Below, piece by piece: positions 60,704 to 64,000 of a stretch of DNA of 64,000 nucleotides; the stretch's first letter is position 1, and each line of letters starts with the position of its first letter. The DNA is taken from assembly GCA_963749915.1 (NCBI GenBank), contig CAVVOP010000021.1, forward strand, positions 224,001-288,000, read 5' to 3'. This DNA is from an uncultured cyanobacterium (GTDB lineage Bacteria > Cyanobacteriota > Cyanobacteriia > Cyanobacteriales > Cyanobacteriaceae). The notes under the pieces are model-generated. The model was not told the DNA's origin. It worked only from the letters and a program-made list of their open reading frames with translations, and made no database searches. The position numbers and the translations under genes were made by a program.

Positions 60704-61324
60704 TTAGTTATTAGAAGTTTGAAAAGGTGTTTCCACAAAACCAATTTCATATAATTGTTGATAGGATTTTCTCCCCAATTCACTGGTAGGTTGTTGAGAG
60801 CGAATAATCTGAATTAAAAGAGGGACTGCCAATTCTGGTTTATTTTGTGCTCGATGAACTAAGGCTAATTGATAGGTAGATTCATCTCTTAAAGTAGCAG
60901 TTTTCAACGCTCCTGCTCTTTGTCCTTCTGCAAGACGATTATCAATACCTGAAAAACTTTCGGCTAATTGCAAATAAAAATTAGAAAGTTGGTTAAAAAT
61001 ACGTCTTGCTTGTTGTAATTTAGTGGATGCTAAATCGTAATTTTCAGCAGTGATTGCTTGTTCTGCTTCCTGCATTAATTTTTCTCCTCCCTGAAGACTT
61101 AAAAGACTTTCTGTTTGATTAATGGGAGTGACAGTGTTTTCCTCTGGCATGGGAGTCACAGTGTTTTCTTCTGGCATGGGAGTGACAGTGTTTTCTTCTG
61201 GCAAAGGATTCACATTATCGGTGGTTGACTGAGCTGAAGTAACAGAAGCTACAGATAAAATCCCTAAGGACACAATAACACCTAAAGAGTAGTTTAACCA
61301 ATTTTTTGACGACAAGGATAACAT
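60704..61324 (-). CDS. Conserved secreted helical protein
   Basis: Signal peptide; ARRIFNQLSNFY, PELAVPLLIQIIRSQQPT. Confidence 0.7.
   Translation of the reverse strand: MLSLSSKNWLNYSLGVIVSLGILSVASVTSAQSTTDNVNPLPEENTVTPMPEENTVTPMPEENTVTPINQTESLLSLQGGEKLMQEAEQAITAENYDLASTKLQQARRIFNQLSNFYLQLAESFSGIDNRLAEGQRAGALKTATLRDESTYQLALVHRAQNKPELAVPLLIQIIRSQQPTSELGRKSYQQLYEIGFVETPFQTSNN
61122..61203. repeat. 27-bp coding tandem repeat x3 (PEENTVTPM)
   Basis: Unit GGGAGTSACAGTGTTTTCYTCTGGCAT. Confidence 0.85.
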
Positions 61325-61581
61325 AGAGAAATTATGACCTTAGTAAATAAATTTCTTAAATTTTAAAGTATCTTAACACTTTCTAGTATTTTCGATCTCA
61401 ATAACCTTTTTTCTTTAAAATAGTGAATAGTTAATATTGATAGGTGGGTTAGACAATAAAGTATTAAGTTTTGTTTCAAGTTTTTCAGTAATTCAGGTAT
61501 CATGAATAAAATGGCATCTTTTACTTAGGGAAAACCCCTCGGATTGAACGACATTTAAACTTCAGTTTATAAAATTAAAGA

Positions 61582-63321
61582 ATGGAAGAAAAACTGCCCC
61601 AGCATAGAATACAGATTACAGATGATCTCGATAAGTTATTACAAATTTTACCTCCGACAATTCGACAATCCGTAGAACAACATCCTCAGAAAAGTTCTTT
61701 AATTGAGATCGTTTTGGACTTGGGAAGAAAGCCAGAAGCCAGATTTTCTGGTGATAGTTGTTACTTGAGTGAGAACTTAGTCAGTCGAGAAGATTTAGAA
61801 CATTGCGTGGCTAGAGTTGGTCATTTTAGTGCTGATAATCGTGCTGGAATTGAATGTACTTTACATCGTATCAGTGCCATTCGTAACCGTCAAGGTAATA
61901 TTATCGGTTTGACTTGCCGCATCGGTAGGGCAGTTTTTGGTACTATTTTGATGATTCGGGATTTAGTGGAAAGTGGTCAATCTATTTTACTGTTGGGACG
62001 CCCTGGGGTTGGTAAAACCACTGCCTTACGAGAAATTGCCAGAGTTTTAGCCGATGATTTAAATAAAAGGGTTGTCATTATTGATACTTCTAACGAAATC
62101 GCCGGTGATGGGGATGTGCCTCACCCGGCCATTGGTAGGGCCAGAAGAATGCAGGTAGCACATCCTGAATTACAACATCAAGTTATGATCGAGGCGGTGG
62201 AAAATCATATGCCTGAGGTTATTATCATTGATGAAATCGGTACGGAACTAGAAGCTCAAGCCGCTAGAACCATCGCCGAAAGAGGAGTTCAATTAGTCGG
62301 CACTGCCCATGGTAATCATCTTGAAAACCTGATCAAAAATCCCACCCTTTCTGACTTGATCGGCGGTATTCAGTCGGTCACTTTGGGGGATGAAGAAGCC
62401 CGTCGTCGTGGTTCTCAAAAGACAGTTTTAGAGCGTAAAGCGCCCCCTACCTTTGGAATCGCGGTGGAAATGTGGGAACGTCAGAAATGGGTTGTCCATG
62501 AAGAAGTTGCTCAAACGGTAGATCATCTTTTGCGGGGTAAACAACTAATTCCTCAATTACGTCAAGTTAATGATGCAGGGGAGGTTTCCATTACCAGAGA
62601 TCCTTCCTTAGCACCACAAACGGCATTAACCACCGTGCAAAATTTGGTAGAGATTCCCTTTAAGCCTAGCGGTTTAAGAGCTTCTGGCAAGATGATACCT
62701 CTTTCTCCTACTCATGAAACTTCCAATATGGATTTTGAACAAATGTTGTCTAATTCTTGGTACCAAGCGGAGGAAGCAACGGAAAAAGTACGCATTCCCG
62801 GACCTAATGGAGAGGATTTTCCTATTTATGTTTATCCTTATGGCATCGGTAGATCTCAGTTAGAACAGGTTATCAGTGTGTTGAAAATGCCCATTGTTTT
62901 AACTAAAGATCTAGATGACGCTGATGCGGTGTTAGCTTTGCGATCGCAGGTTAAAAATCACTCAAAATTGATGCAGTTAGCCAAAGATCGACAAGTACCG
63001 ATTCATAGCATTAAATCTAACAGTATTCCCCAAATTACCCGCACTTTAAGGCAGTTAGTAAATATGGATAACCCCGATAGTTCTGAAGCTGCCGATTTAA
63101 GATTATTTACTAAAGCAGGTAATGATGACGAAATTGAAGCCTTAGAAGAAGCAAGGTTAGCTGTAGAACAAATTGTCATACCTCAAGGGCAACCAGTGGA
63201 ATTATTACCCAGAAACCCAAAAGTAAGGAAAATGCAACATGAACTAGTAGAACACTATAGATTGCGATCAGATAGTTTTGGAAATGAACCAAACCGTCGT
63301 CTGCGCATATATCCAGCCTAA
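61582..63321 (+). CDS. ycf45: Ycf45-like AAA ATPase with R3H domain
   Basis: GRPGVGKT, DTSNEIAG, IIIDEIG, C-terminal RKMQH. Confidence 0.85.
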   Translation: MEEKLPQHRIQITDDLDKLLQILPPTIRQSVEQHPQKSSLIEIVLDLGRKPEARFSGDSCYLSENLVSREDLEHCVARVGHFSADNRAGIECTLHRISAIRNRQGNIIGLTCRIGRAVFGTILMIRDLVESGQSILLLGRPGVGKTTALREIARVLADDLNKRVVIIDTSNEIAGDGDVPHPAIGRARRMQVAHPELQHQVMIEAVENHMPEVIIIDEIGTELEAQAARTIAERGVQLVGTAHGNHLENLIKNPTLSDLIGGIQSVTLGDEEARRRGSQKTVLERKAPPTFGIAVEMWERQKWVVHEEVAQTVDHLLRGKQLIPQLRQVNDAGEVSITRDPSLAPQTALTTVQNLVEIPFKPSGLRASGKMIPLSPTHETSNMDFEQMLSNSWYQAEEATEKVRIPGPNGEDFPIYVYPYGIGRSQLEQVISVLKMPIVLTKDLDDADAVLALRSQVKNHSKLMQLAKDRQVPIHSIKSNSIPQITRTLRQLVNMDNPDSSEAADLRLFTKAGNDDEIEALEEARLAVEQIVIPQGQPVELLPRNPKVRKMQHELVEHYRLRSDSFGNEPNRRLRIYPA

Positions 63322-63351
63322 GCAATTAACAATTAACAATTAACAATTGTT

Positions 63352-63999
63352 TCACGCTGCTAAGGAAATATTATTTTTTAAGAGCACCCCTTGATAAAAG
63401 TTCTGTAATTGAGTCGTTGCTGAGCTCCACCCCCATTTTTCAGCTTCTAAACGAGCATTTTGTCTCAATTGTTCTCTTTCGTCTTTATGGGCTAATAAAC
63501 GACTTGTAGCGGCGATCGCTCCCAGAGGATCATCAGGTTCAAACATATAACCATTAACGCCATTGGTAACAATATCAGGAATACCACCTCGTCTAGCTGC
63601 AACCACAGGACAACCAGCTGCCATAGCCTCTAATAAGACTAACCCCAAAGTTTCCGTAGAAGAAGGGAAAATAAAGGCATCAGCGGAGGCATAAGCCGCC
63701 CCTAATTCCCGCCCGTGAAGATAACCAAGAAAATTCGTGTTAGTATCGGCGAAAAGAGTTTCTAATTCTTCTCTAGCAGGACCATTCCCCACAATTGCTA
63801 ATCTAGCCTCTGGAATACTCTCTAAAACAGGCTTAATTTTATCAATTTCTTTTTCTGCTGATACTCTGCCCACATATAATAACAATGGTGCTTCTGGACA
63901 TCCTTGAGACAGTTTATTTCTCATGTTGACGGAGGCTAAACTAGGTTGAAAGGAATCAGTATCAACTCCTCTTTGCCATAAATTCACTCTTTCAATACC
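63352..63999 (-). CDS. sqdX: Sulfoquinovosyltransferase-like GT4, 5'-truncated by the window edge
   Basis: LWQRGVDT, LLYVGRVSAEK, FPSSTETLGLVLLEAMAAG; frame open to the window end. Confidence 0.75.
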   Translation of the reverse strand, partial: GIERVNLWQRGVDTDSFQPSLASVNMRNKLSQGCPEAPLLLYVGRVSAEKEIDKIKPVLESIPEARLAIVGNGPAREELETLFADTNTNFLGYLHGRELGAAYASADAFIFPSSTETLGLVLLEAMAAGCPVVAARRGGIPDIVTNGVNGYMFEPDDPLGAIAATSRLLAHKDEREQLRQNARLEAEKWGWSSATTQLQNFYQGVLLKNNISLAA

Positions 64000-64000
64000 A

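Overview
An AT-rich cyanobacterial chromosomal segment, with frequent HIP1 octamers (GCGATCGC), phycobiliprotein genes and intergenic heptamer repeats. A unicellular Geminocystis/Cyanobacterium-like source is my impression only. Most of it is housekeeping: flv3, cpcBA, cobQ, apcF, apcD, hhoA, sufE, murA, cheW/pilJ-mlaE, nadE, larB, phosphoketolase, acpP-fabF, dapB, spsA, dnaK3, bioF, metF, trpS, ntcB, bolA-grxD, ycf45 and a partial sqdX. There are two type IV minor-pilin clusters. Mobile DNA comprises a tnpB-only IS200/IS605 element with identifiable ends, an internally deleted IS701 and several MITE-like repeats. The four best leads are: (1) a 557-bp cassette with a lone four-helix-bundle (IVS/Avd-like) gene enclosed by two nested inverted-repeat pairs; (2) a ~390-nt structured candidate ncRNA with its own promoter and terminator downstream of cobQ; (3) a second structured RNA candidate upstream of acpP; (4) a murA whose catalytic N-terminus requires a non-AUG (probably AUA) start. 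I saw no rRNA, tRNA or CRISPR array. All assignments come from motif recognition by eye; no searches were run.
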